A stretch of 61,066 nucleotides of DNA, filler included. It is 10 parts of 10 records of this genome, joined end to end, with 100 filler letters (N's around TTAATTAATTAA, not from the genome) between each part and the next. Parts side by side here need not be neighbours in the genome. Positions count along the whole stretch, not along the records: positions 19,406 to 26,271 come from SRR15195285_2534; positions 26,372 to 30,996 come from SRR15195285_2541; positions 31,097 to 36,385 come from SRR15195285_2550; 7 more parts are not named here. One strand, written 5' to 3'. This document shows positions 22,505-34,200 of this stretch, piece after piece (position 1 is the stretch's first letter; every line of letters begins with the position of its first letter). Under the pieces are notes generated by a model. That model had not been told where the DNA came from, searched no databases, and saw nothing but the letters and a program-made list of their open reading frames with translations. Both the position numbers and the translations under genes were made by a program.

Positions 22505-25500
22505 TTATGCATTCAAGACGGAGGCGAGGATATCTTCGAACTGGTCGCTTTCACCCTTCTCGTCCGCAAGCACGGATGATAAAACCTCGATCACCTCCAC
22601 TTCCGGCTTCAGCGAACCACGAGGACGCTTGCTGAGAGTCGTTTCAAGCGGCACACCTGCCGCCACCTGCGCCCAAGACCGTGTGCGAGCGCTGAGTGGC
22701 GGATTTTGCACTGCCTGTCGTGGTGCTAGCATACTAGTAAGTACGACCGGACGAGGGAGCACCACAAGCAGCGGTTCTCGCGGCCGCTTCAGTTCGACTC
22801 GTTTCTGTGGGAGGGTCAGAGCCTGAGGCAACAATAGCAGCACACATTTGAAATGAGAAAGTAGAACGATGAGACAGCGGTAGCTGTCAGGAACAGAGCC
22901 GAGAACGCACTGGCAATCCCTGCTCCTCGATCGTCGCTGCGAGCCAGTCAAGGCGCCGTGTGTGCAGCCGCTCAACCAGCAGCCTCCAGTGCATGTCGCC
23001 AAGCTCCCCGTCTCTATCAGAGATATCTACCCGGCCAGCTGTAGTATGTGTGTGAAGTTGATTCTTCACCGTTGCACGGACAGAGTCAACCAGCTCCACT
23101 AATTCCAACCCACTCGGCATCCCTAGCGCGGTATCAAGCTCGTCATCTGCTTGCTGTTCACGCGCAATCCCACCTGCGCCATGCTGCCGCCTGCGCGAGC
23201 GAAAGTAGCCAAGCTTCTGCAGCAATTGAGCCAGAAACTGTGCGTGTACCTCGTCCTCCTCGGCGACACTCAAATCCTTACTGTCAGCTGCCGAATCAAC
23301 CAGGTCTGCCGTCATTGCTGAGTTCGTTGAGCCTGCGGTGATGGCAAGCAGCGCGCCCGCTCCACCATCGCCCCTGCGCTCAGCAGCAGCTGGAGCAACA
23401 TCTGGAAAGCGCAACCCTGAAAGCATATCATCCACGGCGCCGCGCATTTCAGCCCAGAGCTCCGGTGCGTTCCAGTCAGCCAGCGGGATATCCTCTGGCC
23501 CGCACGAACCGTCATCCACGGCATTCCACAGCACTTCAAATTCAGCAGAAGGCCACCAGATCGAGGTCGGATCGGCGGCATCTAGGCTCGCGTGCAGCAT
23601 ATCCAAGGCGTCATTCAGCGATGCCAGCACAGCCGCAGGCCGAGCAACTGGCTGCTGTTGCCAGCTCGCCCGGTCTTGCCAGTGTGCGACCGAGTCTTGC
23701 ACAAGTGCCTCGAGTTCATACTCCTTCACGACCGGCTGGGCCGGCGACTGGCTGGCAAGCCACCCGAGGCATCGCTCGAAATCCTGATGCGTCTCCTCAT
23801 TCGGCGTTTCCCGCACAACGTGGTACAGGAAGGCTGCAACCCGTCCGCTGAAGAAGCCATCGTCCAGCCCGAGAACTCGGTGGACGTGGCCGTCTGGGAA
23901 GCACGGATACACGTCCGTCGCAACCAAGACCAGCACGGGCACTGCTGCGGTTTTCGGCACCGTCGCCATCAGCAACCGCAGCCGCTGCCTATGTGGTGCC
24001 CACTCTAGCTCGGTGTCGCTGCGTATTGTCGCGAGAAAGATGATGCCTGTACTACCCTTTAGCTCCTGCCGCAACGGAGATGCGTTCTCAGCCGCCTCAC
24101 CACACTCTTGCTGAATCAGTGTGGCATCCAATGATAGACAACACAGACTCAATGTTGGGGGTCGTTGCGCGTTGGTCTCTGCACCCGGGCGCGGCAACGT
24201 GTCCTGGTACAGAGACAGCAGCCTGCTGCGACGAGATGTACCGCGTAAGCTTGCCAGCTTGCCTAGCGAAAGGTACGTCTTGCTTTCACCGCCAGTTCTA
24301 GTGCCATGCGAGTAGCCGGGCTGTGGCTGCGTGAGCTTAGCGTGTAGCCAGCCGTCTTGTCCACCCTGGGTCAAGTGCTCATCGTCCGCTGCGACCACGA
24401 GCTGCCACAGCAACGTCTGGGCCTGCGGATCTTTCGCTGCCAGCGTTTCGGCTACAATACCCACAACGTTAAGCGGTTTGATTGTCTCCACTCTAATAGA
24501 AGCTGGTTTGCTGCTGTGCCGGGCAACCTTCGCCTTACCCAGAAGATGCTTTGAGTCGAGTCGAGCCCTTTTCAGCTGAGACCCTTCTTTCCCTATCCCC
24601 GACTTTCGATGTAGACCCTCGTAAAAGTTTTGCGACTCCGCGACCTTGGCTGCACGAATTGCTATCAGTCTTTGCACACCAGCATGCCATCTTTTGAGCC
24701 ATCCAAGCATCACCCAGCGCCCAAGCAGGTGTCGCTTTCTCTTCTCGATCGCTTCAAGCCGCTCTCGCTTCCAGCGCTTCAGCTTGGCGCACACCTTCCA
24801 ATACCGCAACGATTTTTTCAACAAGCGGGCGCACTCAGCTTTCCTTTCACGCTCAATCTGTGCCAGCCGCCGCTCTTCGGCTTCGCGGCGCTTGCGCTCC
24901 TCCTCGGCAAGGACCCGCTGCCGCTCGCGCTCCTTCGCCTCCGCCTCCTTTCTGCGCCGTTCTGCCTCTGCGGCGATTTTTCGCTGCCTCTCCTCTTCGG
25001 CAGCTTTGGCTGCAGCCTCCGCTTCCGCCCTTCTGCGAGCTTCCTCCTTCTCTTTCGCAAGCCGTGCGCGCTCAGCCTCCTGCCTCATAAGCTCCGTCTT
25101 CCGCTCTTCCTCCTGTTGACGCGCCAGTTCTTTTGCCTTCTCCTCCTGCTTTCGCAGCTGCTTGACACGCTCCTTCTCCGCGATCGCAGCTTTGAGCTTC
25201 TGCATCTCACGACGCTTGGCGTCCTGCTTTGCAATTTCCTCCTTGCTTGGCATCGCAACTGCCACGGGCGCATGCTGCCGCGGGCTAGCAGACTGTCCAG
25301 GAGATTGACCGATCGGTCGAGCGTAATCCGATGCTCCGCGCATGATGCATTGCAACTTCGTGTTCTTCTTATTCTCCATTGCTTGCATCTTGACCATGAA
25401 CCATTTCCCCGTCTTCACCTCCTGATATCTGGCGAGCCTGTCCGTTTCCGGCGTCAGCTCTTCTTTCATCCACACAGCACCTTCCCGCACCTGATAGCCG

Positions 25501-26271
25501 AGCGCAGAACAGAATTCCGCTGCGTCCATTGCGTCATCAAAGGCGAAGAGCCGGACAATCTCGTCAAGGGTCACACGTGTTGACGCCGTGTTCGCGAGCT
25601 TCGCTGTGCCCATGGTTTTGTTGAGAATGCGGAGGCCCTGCTGACGCACTTCACTCACCTTGTTGAGCATCAGGCAGCCCTGTAAAAACGTCGCCTCGTC
25701 GCGAAGCATGCGGAAAAAGGCGACGTAGTCGTTGGTCTTGTATGCTTCCATGACCCGCATTGCAAACATAACGTCTGTCGATGTTCGGACGTCCGACGGC
25801 ATCTTCATGACCTTGGTTGGGTCCATTGAACGCAGCAGTAGGTAGCATGCAAATTCGCCTTCGTTCGGACAGTGAAAACCTCGACCACGCATCTTTTTGT
25901 GAACGTCCTTGGTGTCACCGAGCACAGCATCCAGCTCTAAGTCGTTCTTCATACCGTACGTCGGCGCAGTGCGCTCCCAGTACGGATCCTCACACATCTC
26001 GTGCATATACATGATGTAGAAGCGCGACACTTGCTCACGAACTTCCACAGCCTCCCACGAGATCAGTGCCTGCCCAATAACATCCTTTCCGACCTGCTGC
26101 AGCTTCTCCGATGCGTAACAGTAGATATCTTGCACCAGCTGGTCTTCGTCGAATGCTTTCCGGTCCTCGCCATCGGCAGCTTTCGGTGGGTCTCTCTGAA
26201 TCCATCGTGAATACTCGTCCTGTAGAGTTTTGTCGACAGATTCGATGGTGCGATCAACCACGACATCGCTA
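22505..26271 (-). CDS. SAC3/GANP-family mRNA export factor; 5' end truncated
   Basis: RFYIMYMHEMC, PNEGEFACYLLL, NDYVAFFRML..ATFLQGCLM..VRQQGL; charged coiled coil; intron 22823-22910 to the last exon. Confidence 0.85.
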
Positions 26272-26371
26272 NNNNNNNNNNNNNNNNNNNNNNNNNNNNN
26301 NNNNNNNNNNNNNNNTTAATTAATTAANNNNNNNNNNNNNNNNNNNNNNNNNNNNNNNNNNNNNNNNNNNN
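26272..26371. other. Artificial contig linker
   Basis: N44-TTAATTAATTAA-N44. Confidence 0.98.
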
Positions 26372-27041
26372 TTTCTTGGGAAGTCTCAGATTATGGGAAA
26401 CACACAGTACGGAGAGATGGTACCATTTTCCAATACAGCTGTAGCGATTACACGCGTTTCAATCGGCCTGATATATGCCTCAGTGCATTTCTCCGAGTAC
26501 AGCAGCTGGTAGTGGTACTGCAAAGTACGACCTGTACTCTACGGTATGTACTACTAGATCCAGTACTACACGTAGTGACACTATCAATAGTAGTACATAC
26601 CAGGAATTCCTATGCGAAAGTGAGCTTGGCTCAGCAAAATTTCAGAACTTGGCCACTTGCCTCATCCAGACCACAATTTCTCCGAGTAGGAAAGTTCCTA
26701 TGACGTACTGTATGAGGACTGCGTTCGGGATGAGATCGAAGAGTGGTGATTCGAGTGATTCAGCCTGGACTCTAGCTCGACTAGTAGCTCGCGCGCTCAC
26801 CGTTCAACCTGCAGAGCTAGAAACTTGGCTTATAGGGGTTATACCGCCACTACCGTGTTTCGCCAGCTGCGCATTGTGGAGCGGTCCCATGAACAAGGGG
26901 TGGCGTGTACGCAGCGGCCACGCTTCCGCTGTTCTCACTTGAGAACAGCCAGGCGCCAGGCGCTGCCGGGAAATTTACGACCGCCCGATTGCCGATTGCA
27001 ACCCGCTGGCGCGAGCTACCAACCTCGACACCCGAGTGGTG

Positions 27042-29819
27042 ATGCAGCTTGCGATCGCGAGGTTGGCCGCGCTAGCCGTCGCGGTGCCGCTGCTTCCGGG
27101 ACTGGAGGCCACAGTTACGAGCACGAGCACGTTTGAGCGATGCACAAACGATGAGACCAACTGCGAGACAAAGCTCACGATGCAGATTAATCTGCAGTCC
27201 GGTGCAAACGCAGGCGAGGAGATTCTGATCGCTCAGGTCGGGTGTGCGGACGGCTTGTGCAACGGTGCGGACGCGGGCACACTGAACAACACTGTCAAGT
27301 TGACATTTTACCATACGCGCCCTGTCCTGAGCTATGACCTCTTCTACTTCGCTGATTTCAACGCGCGACCGAGGGAGGTGGTCGTCTACGGCGGCACGGG
27401 CCCAGGCGGCGAACAGTGCAGCGGCCCATCCGGAATGTCGCTGTCAACTTTGCCAGACGGAGTAGATGCAGACGTTGACCAGTGCTTTGGAAAGTGGCTT
27501 GGTCCGACGTGCCGCGATGGAGGTCGAGACCCCGATGTATCGTGCGGCTGGCTGTACCCGCAGTCCTACATCTCTGAGCTGCAGCGAGAGGGTGAGATCA
27601 GTAACATTGTGGAGCTGCTGACGGTGCCGTGGCAGTCCGCGCCCCTGAACACGCGCATCGACCGCGTGGCGAATGTTGTTCCAGACTCCCAAGGATTCTG
27701 CTGCGACTGCGACGCGCAGCACTTTCTTTTTGAGAACGTGGATATCAGCCGGGGTAACATCATGTGCAACGCCCTGGATTCTGACAGCCCGCATGCATCC
27801 TCCCACTGCCTACGGATGGACAAACTGTGGTACTCGGCATATGATATTGGCCAGTCGCGCGAGAACTACAATATTTTCGTGAACATTCAGACGTGTGATT
27901 CGTTGGGTAGCAACTGCGTCCGACCTACCGGGATGAGAATCACAAGCGTCGGACCGGAGCGTCCACGCACGGTGCTACAAAATGCAGGCAATAACATCAG
28001 GATTGAGTGGGCTCCATTCGGTTCAGCTGACAACGCCCTGGATCTCTCGAGTAAGATGCTTCTACGACCAAACTGCCACGGCAACGCAGACTGTCTGAAT
28101 GAGTATGCCCTCATGAGCTCCGTCAATGGCCAGATTCCTGGAGGTGTTGACATTAACGAGCCTTCACGATGGCTGCTAATACCGCGCTCTGATATCTCCA
28201 TGACAGGTGGAGACTGCAACCAAATTGGAGTACCTACTCCGTATGATATGTGTATACATCTGTCTGTCTCTCTTTGCCTCTCTCTGATACGCTAATGCTG
28301 TACGGAGCAGGTATCGTACTCTGGTTTTCGCAACCAAGGCGAGAACAAGTGCATTCGGCCGTTTGATTCGTGTCTGGGCAAGATCGAGGTGAACGGGCGC
28401 TTAATGTCCAGCTCGAGAATCACAGACTATTTTGACCATGATATGGAATCAGTCATGTCATCTTCGGTTGGTCGGTACTTCCCACAGTTTGTGTACCCAG
28501 GCTCAACCTTAGCAGTCGAGAAAAATGGCGATGACTTTGCGCAGCTTCAGTACGAGGTGGACGAATATCGCGTTTCACAGATTACTCTTATCATGTCTGG
28601 CGAACTTGTGAGTGTGATGGAATATACCGGTAAGCTGGACGTGGTCGACTTCGGGCTTTCGTGTATGAATGACCGCATGACACAAGTCGACTGTTTTCAC
28701 AACGCTGGGGGAGCGATTGAGGCAGCTTCAAACGATGGTCTGCTTGCGGTCACTGTACGCAACGATGGAGAGCATCCGGATATGTACACAATATCGTTTC
28801 CGTCTGAGAAGTTCGAAATCGATCACGGTGAGGGTTCGTCTGATGGCGACGCAGGTGGACGGTACACGAACATGCTTCAGTCTGGCAACATGAATCTAAG
28901 CCCAATTCAGGCCAAGTCCACCGACACTTTGCAGGGACGTGCAGGATGTGCCATCCCCCCGTGCACAAAACGATGCGATGCCGGTCATCTATTTAGTCAA
29001 GGCGTTTCGGCGCAGGCCGCGGCATGTTGGGCTATGGCTGAAGAGGAGACCGGAGCAGGTGGTCGGAGACGGCGTGGGTTGCAGGGGGCGGTTGACCCGA
29101 CGGACAACTCTGGTAGCGCATCCTTCGACCCATACATTCAGTGCGGCGGGGGCGACGACCCATTGGGCTTGTTTTACCCTGACCTGCGTGATGACTGCGA
29201 TACTGTGGCATTTCAAGTTCACTCGAATAATGGCTTGGACATCAGCTACTGCGTACACGTCGAAATCCGAAACAATCTAGGAGAGCTCGAGTATCCGCAG
29301 CAATCCAAGAGAGTTGGTGCGGAATACTCAGAGACCTCGCGATCATTTGTGGGTGGCTCAGATTCATTTGAGCCGACGACAACGGAGGAGCAGAACGAGC
29401 AGGGACGGGTATGTTTCAACACGACGCAAATCGATTACGTGCTCGTGGGTGATGCAGAGGACTCTTTTGCAGCAGGCGGCGAACCATTGCGAGTCCTGCC
29501 GAATACGTTGAGCTGCTCATCTCTCTGTCCGAGCACATTGGACGTGATGTGCGCAGTATCACAACCAGCATGCAGCGACTCTTTGTTCACGGCGGCACTG
29601 ATCATTGCAGCGATTATCCTCGGCGCAGTGGTATTCCGCAAGCTTGGTATTGGGCCGTGCGGAGCAAAAAAGCAGGTGAGGATCGTTCACCGGGCGCCTC
29701 CTCGCGCAGAGCGTGACTACGAGAGCGATGGCTTTGAAGCGGCTGATAGCACAGCCAATCCGGTCTCACGGGGACAAGATCAAGAGCTGGATTTACAAGC
29801 ACAGTACGGCAAAGAGTGA
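27042..29819 (+). CDS. HAP2: HAP2/GCS1 gamete fusogen (class II fusexin)
   Basis: Signal peptide; PDSQGFCCDC; ISRG; HCLRMDKLWYSAYDI. Intron 28230-28310 restores CNQIGVSYSGFRNQ..C....SCL (HAP2-GCS1 motif). TM ALIIAAIILGAVVF and a basic tail. Confidence 0.93.
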
Positions 29820-29873
29820 AGACTGCCGACTAATTGAGGCCATTTTATTGTTGTGCTCGGTCTCGGTCCCAGA

Positions 29874-30765
29874 CTAGTCAGCCTTCTTATCTCCTGAAGA
29901 CTTCTGTTCTGCCGGTGGCATCGTCCTTGGTCTAGGCATCGACTGGCGCTCTTTCATGTAGTCAGAGCCCTTGCCGTACTTCTTCCGCAGAAATTTCGAT
30001 CCGATAAAGAAAACGAAGACCAGCGCGGACGGCCCCCACTTCGAGACAAACGTCTCCTGATCCTTATTCGCCACGCCTTTTTTGGCCGAGAGAGTAGTCA
30101 TAGTGGGCGCTTCTCCGTCCATTCCAAAGCCTGTCAGCTGCAGGTGGTTAGCAGCGACGACCGTAGCCTGGAACGCCTTGAACCCGAGCCCCTGCGCGGC
30201 GTCAGATACAGCGCCCTGCGCCGTGTGCAGCCTGTTCAGGTTCGGATCGAACTTGAACTCGAACATCTCATCGCTGCTGTCGGCTCCCTCGGGGGTAAAC
30301 TCGACCAGTCCCGCGGTCGGCGAGGTCAGCTTGACCCGTACGCGGCCCACCAACAGGTAACCCTCGCTGCACTGCTTGGGAGGTGCAGCGTCGTCCTCGG
30401 GCTCGCGGATCCGGCGCCGGGAGCTGTCACCAGGCTTCTCGCAGTAGTCGGCAAGCATCGCGTCTCGATCGGACGGGTCTTGCTCGAACTCCAAGTGGCC
30501 CATGGCCTGGTCCGTCGCGTGGCTGTCGAGGACGGAGACGTGCCAGAACCTGTACGCACGACCCACGGTGGGTCAGAAGAGGGCGACGGCACAGTTTGCT
30601 CCTCCGCGGAGAGCTCGGGCGCTGTGCGGGGGCGGGCACGCACCCTTTGAGGTACGTCGGCAAGGCCAGCGTGTACACGTCCTTCGCGCTCGCTGGCGCT
30701 GCGAAGCCGAGCAGCAGGCAGAGCCCCGCCACCAGCCAGCCGCAGCAGTACCTTGCGCCCATCAT
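29874..30765 (-). CDS. Type I membrane protein with a C-terminal KKxx ER-retrieval motif
   Basis: Signal peptide exon (ATG 30765), intron 30550-30643, single TM SALVFVFFIG, ends GDKKAD*. Confidence 0.75.
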
Positions 30766-30925
30766 ACCCCCTGCAGTGGGCAGCTCACGTGATGGCCGAT
30801 GCCCTGCGGGTGCAGGCCTGCAGCACCTCGCGAGCGAGCCAGCCAGGCGTCGCGATGGATTCGATTCATGATCATGTTGCATCACAGGGTGTGTGACACA
30901 CTTCCCGGTTGTTCAGTGTTAATGA

Positions 30926-30996
30926 ACAGGCTGGGTAGTGGGTTGGATTCTTGTGGAGTATATATGTAGAACTCACTGATCAATGGAGCAGACTCC
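30926..30996 (+). mobile_element. Partial copy of the 11275 MITE family at a contig end
   Basis: acaggctgggt...ggttggattcttgt...actcactgatcaatggagcagactcc aligns with 11279-11334. Confidence 0.7.
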
Positions 30997-31096
30997 NNNN
31001 NNNNNNNNNNNNNNNNNNNNNNNNNNNNNNNNNNNNNNNNTTAATTAATTAANNNNNNNNNNNNNNNNNNNNNNNNNNNNNNNNNNNNNNNNNNNN
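30997..31096. other. Artificial contig linker
   Basis: N44-TTAATTAATTAA-N44. Confidence 0.98.
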
Positions 31097-31126
31097 CCTA
31101 CCTACCTACCTACCTACCTACCTACC
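31097..31126. repeat. (CCTA)n microsatellite at contig start
   Basis: cctacctacctacc... Confidence 0.9.
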
Positions 31127-31236
31127 AACCTGCCTCTTTGTTAGTGACCGCATCGCATATCACGCCCGGCTGTAAGGGTGATTTCGCACTCGAAAAGGAT
31201 GGAGAGTGAAAAGACGTAGACGGCGGTTGCTATTCG

Positions 31237-34200
31237 CTACAACACGTCCGCCGACGGACTCGCCGACGCTGCGTTCGCCACCCTTTGCAGGCCGTCCATC
31301 AGCAGCTGGTAGGCGCTCCATGCCGCCGAACCCTCTTGTTGACGCGCAAGAAGCTGGATGGTCTTGGATAGTAGCAAGTTCGTCGACTGCAGCGCTTTCG
31401 TCAGCCGCTGAACCTGTCCACCCGTGTCTCCATCCGCCTCCACCGCATCGGAAGCAGCGTTCGCTGCCGTAGAGAACGCCGCCACTGCAGGGTTCCAGTT
31501 GTGTGCAGTTAGCATCGTCTTGACCTCGCCTACCTGGCGGCCGAAAGGCACTGCCTGGTGCACACCGCGCCCCCCTGAGGTCACGAAGAGACCTTGCATC
31601 GACGCCAAGCGCCGCACAATACCCTCCTCCCAGACGCGCATGAAGCCCATCAGCACGACGTCGAGCTCAGCCGATCCCAAAGGTGCAGCCTGGTCAGGCC
31701 CATCGGTGCCCTCTCCCCTGGCTGCCTCAATGAACTGCAGAATTTTCGGCACGACCGCAGGCGCCTCGGCTGCAAATATAGATGCAGCAACGGCCCGCAC
31801 GATGTCGAGAGGCACCATCACACGCGTACCGACGTGGCTGTCGGCAGCGCTTCTGCGATCCTTTGGTGTCTCCGTGTTGCTTGTGCCTGATAAAGTTTGG
31901 GGCGATGCCAACCACCGGGTCGCCCACCCGAAATCATCACCAGCAGCAGTACTGTGAAGGGATCCGGTGGTGGTGCCCAACTTGTCGACGGTTTGGAAAG
32001 GCCCATCGTCGACTTGATCACGCCCCATGAACCCGTGCAGCGAATGCAGAATGTTTAAGAAGTATTCTTGAGCCTGTGCGCCGCGATTGATGGCTGTGGC
32101 GGTCTCGTCGGACGGGTCAAGCCGGCAGAATTGATTGAATAGTTTGATGCGCAGAGCTGCGTGCCGATGTTTTCGGATTCCGGCGATGAACGACAAGAGC
32201 TTTGCCTCTGCTAGGTCCGCGAGGCCATACCGGTCCTCGAAAGTACGTACAGTGAAGTCGCACATGTTAGATGGTACCTTTCCTTGGATGAGTTCCGCGT
32301 GCACTTTTTCCATGTAGATGCCGAGAATCGCGGCTTGGACGCTATCCGCTGACATGGGCTTTGAGTCTGGCACCCGTTCTACCATAGCCGTGACGTCGTT
32401 CCACGTCTGCGCGGCACGCTGATGTCTCTCGTGCCAGGATGCGTAGACACCAACAGGATGCGAGGTAACACAGAGGCTTTCGGTAGACCCAGAAGGGTGC
32501 TGAATGGGTGGAATCTCGGCGCCAGAGGGCTCGCAGTTCGCTGACGCTACCTGCTCTACAAACGCAGCGTGCTCGTTGCTCATCTCCTTGACTCGCCGAG
32601 CAAACTCATCCTTCTCTTCTATCAGAGTCGTCACGGTCTCTTGCAGCGTGCCCAGTTCCTCCATAGCCTTCTCGGCCACATCCACATTAATACCTGCCTC
32701 TTTGCCTCGCTCAATGACGTCCTCGGCAGCCGCAATCAGCTCACTAGCAGTCAGGTCCGCGTTAGCGGAAACCTCTGCTTCGATATCGCCCAATACCTCT
32801 TGCGTGATCGGTGTGTTAGCATCACACTGTTGCAGCGCCCGCTGATAGTCCTGTGCGCCGCGCAAGTCTCGATCACGGATGCGATGAGCAGCAGATTGGG
32901 CAACTGCCGTGAAAGACGCCGCTGCACCTTCGTACAACTTCTGCCACTTGAGAGTGTCCGCCTTTGCATCCTCAGCAGCCTGAGCAAGAGTTTCTAACTC
33001 CGGAGGCCCACGCTCAATCTCTGCCACAAGCTCTGATCTTCGTGCTGCAAGCGTGCTCACTTTCTTCTCGGACATCAGCAGCTCTTTCTTGACGGCGCCC
33101 CATTTGTCACTGATAGCTTTATTCTCTTTTTGGACGGTGCCATAGCGGATGTTCGTGGTAGCCACTTCCTGTTTCACCCGGTCTTCGTGAACGTCATACT
33201 CATCAATTGCGATACGGAAAAAGCGGGATACACTTCCCCTAGGAAGATTTGCTGACTCTTCAAGAACCTCAACAAGCTGCATCGCAAGCTCCATCATCTG
33301 AAGCGGCTTGTTCGCGCCATCACTATCGCCGTTCTTCAGTTGCGTCGTGAGTTCCTCGATCTTCCCAACCGTGTCCTCCATGACGACATCCAGGCCTGCT
33401 TGGCAGCCAACATCGGCGCTTTGGAAGCGCTCTCGGTAGCGCCGCAGATACATCTCAAGCTTTTTGATCTGCGTCTTAAGCTCGCCCACCTCGCCACGGA
33501 CGATTTCGGTCTCGTCTTGTGCAAACTGCAATTCGTTCGCGTTGCGGATCAGATTCTGACGCAGCGTTTCTCGCTGCCGGACCAAATTTTGCCGGTAATG
33601 GTCCAGCTTATTGACAGTTTTCGACAGCTTTTCGATTTGACCCTGCTGGTGACTGACTTTCCGCAAGCTCTCCTCCTCCAACTTCTTTTCCTTGATCGAA
33701 AGCTGCTTCTCGAAACTCTGCATGTTGCGGACAACCATCTCTCGAGCTTCCTTGAACTCCTGGATCTCTCTCTCGAGCGCAGCTTTGAGAGAGGCCTTGT
33801 CCTTCTCGAAATCCGAAACTGTTTTCTTGAGCTTGTTGATCTGCATGCTTAGTTCTGTGATCTGCGCTTCGTACTCTTCCTTCTGTTTTGCCAAATCCTT
33901 CTTGGCTTTGGATTTAAGCTTCTCAATATCCTTCTTGAGCTTCTTGATGGTTGCTTCTAGTCCGGCCTTGTCCTCCTTCAGTTTCTCAATTGTGGCGTCG
34001 CGATTCTCTATTGTCTTTTCAAGCTTAGACACTTTCTTTTCCAGAGTCTGTACTTCCGATTCCCATTGTTTCTTCATTTGCGCCTTCTGATCACGCAGCT
34101 CTTGAACCTGCAATTTGCCGTTCTTCACCGTATCGCGAAGTTTTGACAGCTGCTCGTCTTTGGAGGCAACGATCTTGGCATTTTTCTCTTTCTCTTGCTG

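Noticed and set aside
29874-30765. EMC10 identity for the KKxx membrane protein
   Set aside because: Only a weak resemblance near the TM segment; not enough to name it.
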